A stretch of 64,000 nucleotides of DNA from contig NW_021833422.1 in NCBI RefSeq assembly GCF_006345805.1, forward strand, positions 1 through 64,000. Direction: 5' to 3'. A program made the position numbers and the translations under genes. Shown here piece after piece: positions 1 to 11,580 of the stretch; position 1 is the stretch's first letter; every line of letters starts with the position of its first letter. The notes beneath the pieces were generated by a model. It made no database searches, was not told the origin of the DNA, and saw only the letters and a program-made list of their open reading frames with translations. The DNA comes from Octopus sinensis. Taxonomy: Eukaryota.

Positions 1-466
1 GCCTAAACCACTGAACCAATATTCACGAAATGTTGCATACATATGACACTAACAACCAGCTCAATAATAAGCTAATTGGATTTCAATAAAAGTTTATAAT
101 GTGCCTACCACCAAGTGACGTTGCGCGAATTATATGATAAAATGAGAAGGTTGCAACAAGTATGAGTCTGAGGTAGTAACAGAGAGAGAGGGTGACCTAT
201 ATCAGTGAAGGCGAGAACAGCGGTGGAAAAACAGGATGGTAACGTTAATAAAGCTGTCATATACACGCGACGCCGCATTCCCTCGGTTTCCCCGACTTTG
301 ATGCTTCAACGAGTGAAAGTGTGGTTTTTCATCGGTATAGTTATTGTAACTTTTGCAGGGGGAAGAGGGCACTCAGCTCTAATGAGGCCTTTTTAGCCAC
401 ACTTGAAACACCTAGGCTCCTTGCCCTCCGCCATTACCCTCAGTTTGCTTTCACCCACCACTATCG

Positions 467-1275
467 TGTCTGTCTTTACGTTCTGTCTTACGGTATTTCG
501 TCTGTCTTTACGTTCTGAATTCAAATTCCGCCGAGGTCGACTTTGCCTTTCATCTTTCGGAGTCGATAAATTAAATTCCAGTTGCGTACTGGGATCGACC
601 TGATCGACTGGTCTCCTTCCCCAAAATTTCGGCCTTGTGCCTAGAGTAGAAAAGATTATTTAAAGGCGGCGAGCTGGCAGAAACGTTAGGACGCCGGGCG
701 AGATGCTTCGAAGTATTTCGTCTGCCGTTGCGTTCTGAGTTCAAACTCCGCCGAGGTCGACTTTGCTTTTCATCCTTTCGGGGTCGATAAATTAAGTACC
801 AATTACTCACAGGGATCGATGTAATCGACTCAGTCCCTTTGTCTGTCTTTGTTTGTCCCCTCTATGTTTAGACCCTTGCGGGTAGTAAAGAAATAAGAAT
901 CGTTAGGATGCTGGGCGCAATGCTTAGTGGTACTTCGTCTGTTTTTACGTTCTGAGTTCAAATTCCGCCGAGGTCAACTTTGCCTTTCATCCTTTCGGGG
1001 TCGATAAATTAAGTACCAGTTGCGTACTGGGATCGATCTAATCGACTAGCCCCATCCCCCAAAATTTCAGGCCTTGTGCCTAGAGTAGAAAGGAATCGTC
1101 AGCACGCCAGGCAAAATGCTTAGCACCATTTCGTCCGTCTTTACGTTCTGAGTTTAAATTCCGCCGTGGTCATCTTTTCGGGATCGATAAATTAAGTACC
1201 AGAAAAACATTGAAATCGATCTAATCGACTAGTCTCCCCACCCCAAATTCCAGGCCTTGTGGCTATAAAAGAAAG
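467..1275 (+). mobile_element. Tandem chain of about 4 family-B SINE copies (tRNA-like head, Meta-like central domain)
   Basis: Repeated unit GGCGGCGAGCTGGCAGAA..GTTCAAATTCCGCCGAGGTCGACTTTGCCTTTCATCCTTTCGGGGTCGATAAATTAAGTACCAG..; B-box-like GAGTTCAAATTCC; two alternative tails (..CCTAGAGTAGAAA and ..GGGTAGTAAAGAAATA). Resemblance to the MetaSINE domain is from memory. Confidence 0.85.
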
Positions 1276-2819
1276 AAGTATTACATATACAATACATATA
1301 TTACATAGATAACGTAAAAACATCCTGTTGATGAATGTGATAGTCGATAAAATAGAAATGAAATTTTTAAGTATTTTCTTTGTGTGCGGTCCGGAATCAA
1401 TGTTAAATTCTTCTGCCATAAGGAAACACAAGGCAGTTTTATTATTCTATAACTACTTACGATGTAGAATTTATACCAGCCTGTGGCTGTAGTATTTTCG
1501 TCATTTAGTGGCTTTAGTGGCATAAAACACATCGCCGATATTTTAAAAATTATATTCAAGTGTTAATTCTATCTACGGGTTAAATTTACCCATAGTACAC
1601 TGGCTTATGTATAGGACTTATTTTTTTGTGGAAATGAAGGAACACAGAGAAACACAAGTCGTTTCTATAATTCTGTCACTTCTAACAATATAGAATTTAT
1701 ACCAACTTGTGGTACCTCAATCCATAAAACCAGACAAAGCCTGGCAACTGACACAGAACAAGCCTTAAAATTTGACTATAATTCAGTACCTGTGACACAT
1801 TATAAATCGCTTATATTAGGATTGTTTTGTATTTGTTCTCCATATTCGACAATATCACATTATTTCTGACGTAGTCACACAAATCTCCTTCACATTATTC
1901 TCCTTTAAACTCCATTCAATTACTAACTCATACTTAAAGCCAAATTAAATAAACTTTGCACAATGTGCTACCTTCTTGCTGAATTTAGTGTCAACTTCAT
2001 AAAAGTTTACAGATCACTAACTCGTTTTGTTTGAAACCGCGTGAGAAAACTGCATAACAGAATTGAATGAAAGGGAAGGGATATTCAATAAAGCAGACGA
2101 TAATGTTGAAAAGATATTTAAGCAATGGTGGGTGAAAACATATACAAACGTATGTTAATATATGTGTGTGTGTATATGTATACATGTGGATACATACAAA
2201 ATATGTACATGTATATACACGCATATATGTGTGTGTATGTGTGTTGCATATACGTCTGTATAAATATATTACAAATGTTGTGTGTGTATATCGTCGTAGG
2301 TAACACGTTCGTATCTGAGTTTTGTTTATCTGGTGCTTCCATGATGCTTAAACCTGACATGACTCAGAAGGCCAAGCCAGGAAAGGAACAATAACGGGCA
2401 TTGATCGCATGGCAGGGTGGATGGTGGACTTGGCTAGAGTTGCCGGGTCTTGCATTGCCTTTTTCTTATTCTTCAGTTTTTCTCCTCTCCTCAAAAGTGG
2501 AACAGACGAAATAAATTGCTCTTCGCCAAGATGAACGGTCGGCGTCTTTTGTTTCCCAGGTGAAAGGGCTGATGCCGGTTTAAAGGAGGGACGACTTCAG
2601 TTGGCCTTTGAATCTGCCATTGACGAGCTCGATATAGAGCAGGGATAGGAAAACTTTTTAGTGGTGCGGACAAAAATTTCCAATGAAAAAGGTCCACAGG
2701 CGGACCACATGTTCTAACTCTTATATCTGTGTAAATCTTGTATATATCTATGTCACGTCACGTCCATCACGTGACCGACCAGTCCATCAGATGTAGTTAC
2801 ACATCGCTGGTTACAGTCG

Positions 2820-3155
2820 TGGTCGACTTTGCTTTTCATCCTTACGGGGTCGATAAATTAAATACCAGTTACGCACTGGGGTCGATGTAATCGACTTAAT
2901 CTCTTTGTCTATCCTTGTTTGTCCCCCTCTATGTTTAGTCCCCTGTGAGCAATAAAGAAATAAGAATCGTTATCGCGCCGGACAAAATGATTTGCAGCAT
3001 TTCTTCCGGATTTGCGTTCTGAGATCAAATTCCTCCAAAGTCGATTTTGACATTGAAACTTTCGGGATCGATAATATAAATATCAGTTAAGCACTGGGGT
3101 CGATGTAATCGACTTACCGCCTTCCTTAAAAAATTGCTGGCTTTGTGCAGTAGAA
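2820..3155 (+). mobile_element. Family-B SINE dimer
   Basis: Two GTCGACTTT..GGGGTCGATAA..GCACTGGGGTCGATGTAATCGAC cores joined at AAGAAATAAGAATCGTT. Confidence 0.8.
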
Positions 3156-3159
3156 AGAA

Positions 3160-3441
3160 ATTACAATAACAATAGCAACAACAACATCCAGGATAGCAAG
3201 GACAGTGAAACCTCTTATCACAACTCTTACCTTCACCACCGCCACCACCACCACCACCGTCACCAGGGCCACAAGCATCACCATCACAACAACAACAACA
3301 AAAACCACCTCCACCAACTCCAAAACCATTACAACCATCATTACCAGCCCCACCGCCACCAATGCTACTACCACCACCACCACCACTATCATAATCACTA
3401 CTATCACCACCACCACCTCAGAACAAGATTCACCACCACCA

Positions 3442-3484
<43 letters not shown>

Positions 3485-3600
3485 CACCATCAGTGCTACC
3501 AGCACCATCCAAGAATAGAGAAAACCACCACCACCACCACCACCGCCGCCGCCACCGCCACCGCCACCGCCACCACCACCACAACAACAGCAACAACAAA
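3160..3600. repeat. Mosaic trinucleotide microsatellite (ACC/ACT/AAC/GCC)n
   Basis: Runs of ccacca, actact, aacaac; source of the spurious poly-Thr/His/Val ORFs. Confidence 0.9.
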
Positions 3601-4181
3601 AAGGCGAGAATTTTATTTCCGGATAAATAAGAAATTTCAATTGAAATAACAGAAATTTACATAATGTTGACTAATTAAATTAATTAACATTTCTAATTAT
3701 GAATTCATTTATCTCGGTCGTTATTGTAGTTTTTAAAGGGGATGTGGGGTGACGGTGGTGGTGGTGGTGGTGGTAGGGGCGTTGATGTCATGGTAACATT
3801 ATGCACCAGTCATATACTGTTGCTAATTCGATCGACTAACAAGCATGGGTGGACGGTTAAGAAACTTATTGTCCAGGGTAGTGGTCAGGGTTCTGTCCTT
3901 TTGCGCAGCAATTTGGGCCCTTCTACTATAACCTCGGGTCAACCAAAGCCTTGTGAGTGGATTCGGTTGACGGAAACTGGAAGAAGCTTGTATATATATA
4001 TATATATATATATCGTTGGCGATATTTTCCTCTGTCTTCCCTTCTCTGGATCTTTCCTTCTCCTATGTTTCCGACGAAGAGCTCCGCTTCCTGAGCGTCC
4101 AATAATACTATATTTGTTCCACGTCCTCGCGTTGTTGTTTTTTTGTGCTTTCTTGTTTGGATTAACACACACACACACACA

Positions 4182-4240
<59 letters not shown>

Positions 4241-4242
<2 letters not shown>

Positions 4243-5484
4243 AGGTCATCCCATAAGTCCTGTCCGATTTTACCTTTTTTAAAATTGAATGAAATTTAAT
4301 AGTATTTTAGAATGTCTAATGGAATTAAAAATTATTTTTATGCATTTGTGTACATTTAAACTAATTAAATATTATTTTACAGAATAATAGAATTAAAATT
4401 TCTTTGATTAACATCCTTTCTAACATGGAAGTATCCAAAGAGCATTTAAGACACATAATGCTTTATGAGTACAAAAAAGGAAATTCTGCAGCCAAAGCGA
4501 CTAGAAACATGTACTCAGTTTATGGGAAAGAATGCTTGAATGAAAACTTGCAGAAGATGGTTTGCAAAATTTAGAAGTGGAGATTTCAGCCTTGAAGATG
4601 AAGATCGAACAGAACGTCCAGTTGAGTTTGATGATAAGCTCCCTGGGGCATTACTTGAAGAAAATCCTGCTTTATCAGTTGAAGAATTGGCAATAAAGCT
4701 TAGTTCAAACCATACAACTGTTCATCGTCACCTTCTTGAAAAGGTTCATAAACTTGGAAAATGGGTGCCTCGTGAATTGACCGAAAGCAACCGCAAATCC
4801 CGTGTTGACATCTGCTCTTTTCTCCATGCTCGTGAACTCATTTCACCCTTTTTGGATAGACTTGTGACTGATGATGAAAAATGGATCTTCTATCGAAATA
4901 TTAAACGTCGTAAATTGTGGCTTAGTAAAAGGGAAAAAGATCAACCACAACCGAGAAGGGAACTTCATGGGAAAAAGGTTTTTCTCTCTATCTGGTGCTA
5001 TTGCAAAGGTGTAATTCACTTTGGATTGTTATCACATGCAGCAATTAGAGCGTTTGAACCATACTTTGACGAAAAAAGACCTGCTTTAGTGAATCAAAAA
5101 GGAGTGGTGTTTCATCAGGACACTGCGCGACCCCACACTGCAAAGATCACATCACAGAAGATTGAAGCGCTTGACTGGGAAAAAATTCCTCATCCACCTT
5201 TTTTCCTAACCTTGCTCCTTCAGACTACCATTTGTTTCGTAGTTTACAGAATCATTTTGGGGGACATACCTTTCGCAAGCTAGGAGGAGGTCGAAACTGA
5301 CATTTCAGAGTTTTTCGCTTTGAAACCAAAAGAGTTTTTAACTGATGGGATTAAAAAGCTTGTAAATAGATGGAAGGAAGTCACAGATAATCAGGGAAAG
5401 TACATTGTGGATTAAATTTCAATTAAATATAACATTTGATCACTTATTTTATTTATTCAAAATTCGGACAGAACTTATGGGATG

Positions 5485-5490
<6 letters not shown>
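4241..5490 (+). mobile_element. Full-length mariner DNA transposon (DD34D), inactive
   Basis: 27-bp TIRs tcaggtcatcccataagtcctgtccga (4241-4267) and its reverse complement at 5464-5490 (25/27 match); 1250 bp long; sits in (TA)n tracts on both sides. Confidence 0.95.
4425..5415 (+). pseudogene. Mariner transposase pseudogene
   Basis: MEVSKEHLRHIMLYEYKKG..; WVPREL; VTDDEKW; HQDTARPH; HPP..PNLAPSDYHLF with 34 residues between the 2nd and 3rd Asp after correcting a 1-nt deletion; ends KYIVD*. Frameshifts near 4543, about 5035-5085 (with an internal deletion), 5204 and about 5280. Confidence 0.93.
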
Positions 5491-5526
<36 letters not shown>

Positions 5527-5689
5527 ACCAGATGAATCCAATAATGGATTTCTACGTTTGTTTATTTTGGTTAATGTTCAAAGCGTTTTCATTGCGGTGT
5601 GGTACCCTAACCCTAACCCCTGCACCTCTGCATCACATGTTTCTGAGCCAATACATAACTGGGGTTAGACATTTCCTTAGTTAACTTAG

Positions 5690-6228
5690 TCACGGAGAGA
5701 GACAAAATATACAGAAGAGAGAGACAACGTTGTTAGTGGTATCCCAATTTAGGATAGAGAAATTAAATTTCTGGAGGTACCCATTCTGGTGCCGCGTATT
5801 TAGAATAGATATCAAGTTGTTAGAGATACAGAGAAATTAAGTTTTTAGTGGTACTCCAAGAAGTGAATGAAACCAAAGTTTTAGAGCATTCCTAAGGTAT
5901 TTTTCAATCTTATAATTATTACTATTAATAGTTAGCAACCCGTGCTCTTAACCACTACGCCATATGCTCGTGGGAAATTATGGAGTGAATTTTAGGGTTT
6001 ATAAATCTAACATTCTCCTATCCTTCCTTAATACCTGTTCCCATATGCTATTCATATCTGCACTGTGTCCTAGCATATGCATATCTGTTGTGTCTTAGCA
6101 TATGCGCTGCTTCTTAAATATAGAACTGTAAAGTTTTAGAGGTAAACTACAATTTAGAACAGAGGGGGAGAGAGAGAAAGACAGACAGATAGAGACAGAC
6201 AGATAGAGACAAAGAAACAGAGAGAGAA

Positions 6229-6263
<35 letters not shown>

Positions 6264-6595
6264 ACAGTTGCACTCTCATTACAGAACAGAGAAAGCAGAT
6301 TTTTAATGGTACCATCAATTTAGAGTAGAGAGGCTAAGATTTTTGTGGTACCCAAAATTACAGAACAGAGAAGGTAAGTTTTTAGTGGTACTCCCTGAAG
6401 TGGGTGAAACCGAACTTTTAGCGGTACACCCCACTTTAGAACAGAGGGGTAGAAAGAGGAAAAGAGAGAGAGAGGGACCAAGTTTTCAGTGGTACCCTCT
6501 TTATAGAACAGAGAGACAGAGAAGAACAGAGAGAGAGGTAGCTTTTAGTGGTACCCACATTATAGAACAGAACCCAAGATTTTAGTGGTTTTTTT
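5690..6595. repeat. Degenerate minisatellite of about 35-50 bp units (..TAGAACAGAG..AAGTTTTTAGTGGTACCC..) interleaved with family-E fragments
   Basis: More than 10 recurrences of AGT(T)TTTAGTGGTAC and TAGAACAGAG; family-E head on the minus strand at about 5935-5968 and family-E 3' end CTTAAATATAGAACTGTA at 6113-6130. Confidence 0.75.
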
Positions 6596-7099
6596 ATTCG
6601 ATCCCCCACCCCCACTATAGGACTACTCCTCGTCTTTTTAACTAACCTAGGATTTATGCATGACTTAACACGTAAAGGTTTTAGGAATGTACATTAATCT
6701 TGCAACTACAAAGATAAATGCATACAGACACATGCGCACATACATACACTCAAGCACATAAACCAGTCATATATATATATATGACACACACACACATATA
6801 CTTACATAATATATTCTTACACACAGGCACAGAACGCATATACAGACATACATATATACAGATGCGCACATACACAGACAAACACACAAACACACAGACA
6901 CGCGGATGCACACACAGAGCCGTAAATACACACACACACACACACACACGCATACCAAGTTGTGTTACTATTTATTATCTTACTTCAACGATAATCTCCT
7001 TTTAATCTTTCACACTTTAACCAAATATATTTCGCAGCAGGCAGATTAACATCCTTTGTAGCTTTGTCCTAACAAACATCATTACATCGTCATCACCTA

Positions 7100-7141
<42 letters not shown>

Positions 7142-7386
7142 ACACACACACACACACACACAGAGGAACACATACACATCTACACATAACCGTAAATAAA
7201 TATACAAAGATATAATTACACACACAAATACACAAACGCATTTGGTTAACTTTTTTCAAGGAAAATGCTGACAGTGACTTCGAAGTATCGAGTTGGTCAC
7301 CTTTATCAGACCACATAATTAAAGGCGAGTAAGCCGAAACTTCAAAGTGACTGTTAGCCTTTTCCTTGTAAAAGTTTATAGGTATA

Positions 7387-7548
7387 GGCGTAGGAGTGGC
7401 TGTGTGGTAAGTGGCTTGCTTACCAACCACATGGTTCCGGGTTCAGTCCCACTGCGTGGCACCTTGAGCGAGTGTCTTCTACTATAGCCTCGGGCCGACC
7501 AAAGCCTTGTGAGTGGATTTGGTTGACGGAAACTGATAGAAGCCCGTC

Positions 7549-7592
<44 letters not shown>

Positions 7593-7824
7593 ATATATGT
7601 GTGTGTGTGTGTGTATGTTTATGTGTTGTGTTTGTCCCCCTCCCCGCATCGCTTGACAACCGATGTGGGTGTGTTTACGTCCCCGTAACTTAGCGGTTCG
7701 GCAAAAGACACCGATAGAATAAGTACTAGGCTTACAAAGAATAAGTCCTGGGGTGGATTCCTTCGACTAAAGGCGGTGCTCCAGCATGGCCACAGTCAAA
7801 TGACTGAAACAAGTAAATGAGTAA
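7387..7824 (+). mobile_element. Family-A SINE, full length, with internal (TA)n(TG)n
   Basis: Head GGCGTAGGAGTGGCTGTGTGGTAAG..GGGTTCAGTCCC (A/B-box-like), core CACCTTGAGCGAGTG, tail GCTCCAGCATGGCCACAGTCAAATGACTGAAACAAGTAAA. Confidence 0.9.
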
Positions 7825-7904
7825 AATATGCTGTAATAAAAAGTTTCGGGTATCCTTTCAGTTTAACGTTAAATTGTTTTCAAAACAAACGTTAATATGT
7901 GTGC

Positions 7905-8214
7905 GCAGGCGCAATGGCCCAGTGGATAGGGCAGCGGAATCGCGGTCGTAGGATCACTGTTTCGATTCCCAGACCGGGAGCCCGGTGTCCTATCCACTGG
8001 GCCATTGTGTGTGATTTTTGAGGGAAAACACCTAAAGCTCCATGAAGTTCCGGCAGCAGATGGTGGCGATCCCTGCTGTACTCTTTCGCCACACTCTTTC
8101 TTCTATTGGGTTGCTCAATTAGCCAGCGGGGTGGCGTCATTCGAAGGCTAAAACAAAGCGAAGTGCATTGTGACCACCGATGTGTAGCAACATCTGATAG
8201 CCTGGTCGGTCACG

Positions 8215-8218
<4 letters not shown>
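7905..8218 (+). mobile_element. Family-C SINE (tRNA-like head), tail variant 3
   Basis: GGCGCAATGGCCCAGTGGATAGGGCAGCGG..GTTTCGATTCCC head; tail ..CATCTGATAGCCTGGTCGGTCACGGTGAT. Confidence 0.8.
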
Positions 8219-8287
<69 letters not shown>

Positions 8288-8315
8288 TTCCGTATAGGGT
8301 CAAAAAAAGGGGTAC

Positions 8316-8371
<56 letters not shown>

Positions 8372-8372
<1 letters not shown>

Positions 8373-8715
8373 ATTTTCTGGGTGCTATATCCCATGGTCA
8401 TACGTGGCCGAAGTGGATCTTTACTCTTTATATATATAGATATATATATATGTAGAAAATTCCCCTCTGAGGCACAGGTCTCCCAAGGTTTATTGCGGAA
8501 GACCAACAGTCGTCTGTGTATACCAGTCTCATCTCCCATACCACCGATGTTGGGCAAGGGAAAGACAAAAGCCGATACAGCTTGGTACCTGTGACGTCGC
8601 AACTCATTTCTACAGCCGAGTGAACTAGAGGAACGTGAAATGAAGTGTCTTGCTCAAGAACACAACACACAATCCGGTCCGGGAATCGAACTCACAACCA
8701 CACGATTGTAGGCCT
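8372..8715 (-). mobile_element. Family-D SINE with its 3' tail segment inverted
   Basis: 8453-8715 is the reverse complement of the head and body of the copy at 42595-42935; 8372-8430 matches that copy's tail in + orientation. Confidence 0.75.
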
Positions 8716-9024
8716 GATATATTACAATATATCAAAACAGGAGTATTGGAAAACTTTTCGTATTATTTATTTACCATTACTCGTTCCATTCTCTGTCTAC
8801 AGATTTTCTAACAAGAGATATCTTACATGTCTCTCCTACAAGTTCAATTTTGTAACTCCTATTACCAAAAGAAACACGTGTAATGGTGAATACAATATAA
8901 CAAAACGTTTCCAATCTCCTGTTTTGATGTACCAGCAAAAGACATTTCCAGAATTTTCAAATCACATGATATAAAATCAACATATTTTGGAGTACTGGAA
9001 TAAAGAGATGTACTTCAAGAAGAC

Positions 9025-9420
9025 CGATGTAATAGACTAGTCCATCTCCTCTCAAATTTCAGGCCTTGTGCCTATAGTACAAAGGTTTTTTTATTATTGC
9101 AAAGGTGGCGAGCTGGCACAGCCGTTAGCACGCTGGACAAATTGCTTAGCGGCATTTTGTCGGGCTTTACGATCCGAGTTCGAATTCCACCGAGATCGAC
9201 TTTTCCTTTCATCCTTTTCAGGGGTCGATAAAATAAATAAGTACCAGTGGAATACTGATGTCGTGTTAATCGACTACACCGTCACCCACTGCGTTCAAAT
9301 TCTGCGGAGGTCAACTTTGCCTTTCATCCTTTCGGGGCCGATAAAGTGAGTACCAGTTGATCATTGTGGTCGATGTAAACCCCCAACCCCCAAAATTGCT
9401 GGCCTTGTGCCAAAATGTGT
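9025..9420 (+). mobile_element. Cluster of family-B SINE copies and fragments
   Basis: GGTGGCGAGCTGGC head at about 9104, two GTCGATAAA cores, CCAAAATTGCTGGCCTTGTGCC tail. Confidence 0.75.
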
Positions 9421-9678
9421 AACCAATATTTACTCTAGCAATGTGGCATGGGTGTGCGTGTATATATGTGTGTGTGTGTGTGTTTTCGCGTTTTATGATA
9501 GTTTTCCCCTTAAATAAGTCCCATAATTTCACTAATTCGTTTTTCTCACTATTATTTGTTCTGGTTCCTTACTTTCTGCGGTCAAAACCCCAACGAGATC
9601 GTTTTGATTTTCATTCTGTCGAATTTAATAGGGAGATTAGTAGAGGCGGTGTTTCCCAGTCTTTGTATCAACCCCTTG

Positions 9679-10063
9679 TGGAGGCGCAATGGCCCAGTGG
9701 TTAGGGCAGCGGACTCGCGGTCGTAGGATCACGGTTTCGATTCCCAGACCGGGCGTTGTGAGTGTTTATTGAGCGAAAACACCTAAAAGCTCCACGAGGC
9801 TCCGGCAGGGGATGGTGGTGATCCCTGCTGTACTCTTTCACCACAACTTTCTCTCACTCTTACTTCCTGTTTCTGTTGTACCTGTATTTCAAAGGGCCGG
9901 CCTTGTCACTCTCTGTGTCACGCTGAATATCCCCGAGAACTACGTTAAGGGTGCACGTGTCTGTGGAGTGCTCAGCCACTTACACGTTAATTTCACGAGC
10001 AGGTTGTTCCGTTGATTCGGATCAACCGGAACCCTCGTCGTCGTAACCGACGGAGTGCTTCCA
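9679..10063 (+). mobile_element. Family-C SINE, full length, tail variant 1
   Basis: TGGAGGCGCAATGGCCCAGTGGTTAGGGCAGCGGACTCGCGG..GTTTCGATTCCC to ..GTAACCGACGGAGTGCTTCCA; ATCAACCCCTT repeated in both flanks (probable TSD). Confidence 0.9.
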
Positions 10064-10269
10064 TGTGCCATCAACCCCTTAACTTTTGAATTCTCCTACG
10101 ACGAAACTAGTGCATTATTGCTTTGGACCCTGCTCCTTCCCTTGGAAAATATTGGCCGTGGTGGGGAGAAGAGACTTACATCATGAGCAACTACTAGTCA
10201 TAAAAAATGTCTGTCCCCTGCTTTTTGCCCTGTTTTTGACACCGTTAAGATTCAGATCTTATGGAAGGT

Positions 10270-10462
10270 TTGAAGTTTTGAGGGGGGGGGGCTAGCTGAT
10301 CACATCGACCCCGGTGTTATCTGGTCCTTATTTTAATCAATCCCGGAAAGGATGAAAGATGAAGTTATGCACGGCTTTATTTGAACTTGGAACGTGAAAC
10401 CGAAAGAAAAACACGCTAAGCATTTTGTTCGACGCATCGACGAATCCACCAGAGCGCCGCCT
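10270..10462 (-). mobile_element. Family-B SINE, degenerate
   Basis: ATCCCGGAAAGGATGAAAG..TTTGAACTTGGAACGT..GCTAAGCATTTTG..CGCCGCC is the reverse complement of family B. Confidence 0.7.
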
Positions 10463-10519
10463 TGGAGGCCTGAAATAGGTGTAAATGAAGATGTTTAAAC
10501 ATTCACCGAAGGTTATACG

Positions 10520-10537
10520 CAGGCACACACACACACA

Positions 10538-10577
<40 letters not shown>

Positions 10578-10870
10578 ACACATACATGCATGCACTCGCA
10601 TACACATATACATACATGCATGTACACAAACACATGCATACATATGTACACGCACACACAAACCGCACACACACGTACATACATACACATATGCATGCAC
10701 ACACACATATATACACATGCACGCACACACACATACATACATACACATGCACGCACACACACACACAAACACACACACATATGCATGCACTCACACATAT
10801 ATACACATGCACGCACACACACATACATACATACACATGCACGCACACACACACACACACACACACGTAT
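10520..10870. repeat. Compound (CA)-based microsatellite with higher-order repeated units
   Basis: Repeated CACATATATACACATGCACGCACACACACATACATACATACACATGCACGCAC blocks. Confidence 0.85.
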
Positions 10871-11342
10871 TTATGCTTACTCATGCCAAAGGGAACACCA
10901 ATACACGAACAGCCCCACTCCCAACCCCAAATCTTAAACTTATAAAATTATATTTTGTTTCATTTTCAAGTGTAATTGCAGAAAGTAGATCCACCTACCA
11001 ATAAATCTACCCCTAAATTACACAGTTAATTGACCCCATGGGACAATTAAACATATTAACAAACATTATAATTGTTTCCTTATTGCATTTAATCTCCAAA
11101 TCGTTTACTTTAATAATTATATAAAAATAAAGAGTTGTTGTTATTTAACCCTAGGTAAACTTGATCAAAAAGGTCGATGATCAAAATTATTCTAAATTTG
11201 GCCATCCTGTTTCCCCAAACGAAATAGTCAGAACCTAGCTCTTCAAATTTGTCTTCGCTGGAAATGCATGTTCTTTTAATGTCTTCTTAGGTCTTGCTCG
11301 TGTGACATCGGAATCTTTCGCTTTTTATCAATGAGCTTGTTG

Positions 11343-11580
11343 ATTCTTATTTCTTTATTGCCCACAAGGAGCTAAACACAGAGGGGACAAACAAGGACAG
11401 ACACACGGATTAAGTCGATTACATCGACCCAGTGCGTAACTGGTACTTATTTAATCGACCCCGAAAGGATGAAAGGCAAAGTCAACCTCGGCGGAATTTG
11501 AACTTAGAACGTTGCGGCAGACGAAATACTGCTAAGCATTTCGCCAGGCGTGTTAACGATTCTGCCAGCTCATCGCCCAA
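11343..11580 (-). mobile_element. Family-B SINE, near full length
   Basis: TATTTCTTTATTGCCCACAAGG..CCCCGAAAGGATGAAAGGCAAAGTCAACCTCGGCGGAATTTGAAC..GCCAGCTCATCGCC. Confidence 0.88.

Noticed and set aside
2370-2700. GC-richer island that might be a retroelement or exon fragment
   Set aside because: Manual translation gave no recognisable motif.
3126-3640. Thr-rich/His-rich 141-157 aa ORFs resembling a mucin or membrane protein
   Set aside because: They are translations of a mosaic trinucleotide microsatellite, open in several frames on both strands.
5600-5620. Telomere-like CCCTAACCCTAACC (also GTTAGGGTTAGG near 63541)
   Set aside because: Only about two units; too short to call an interstitial telomeric array.
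9679-9760. tRNA genes at the SINE heads
   Set aside because: A and B boxes are present, but there is no complete cloverleaf or T-run terminator, and every copy continues into a SINE body.
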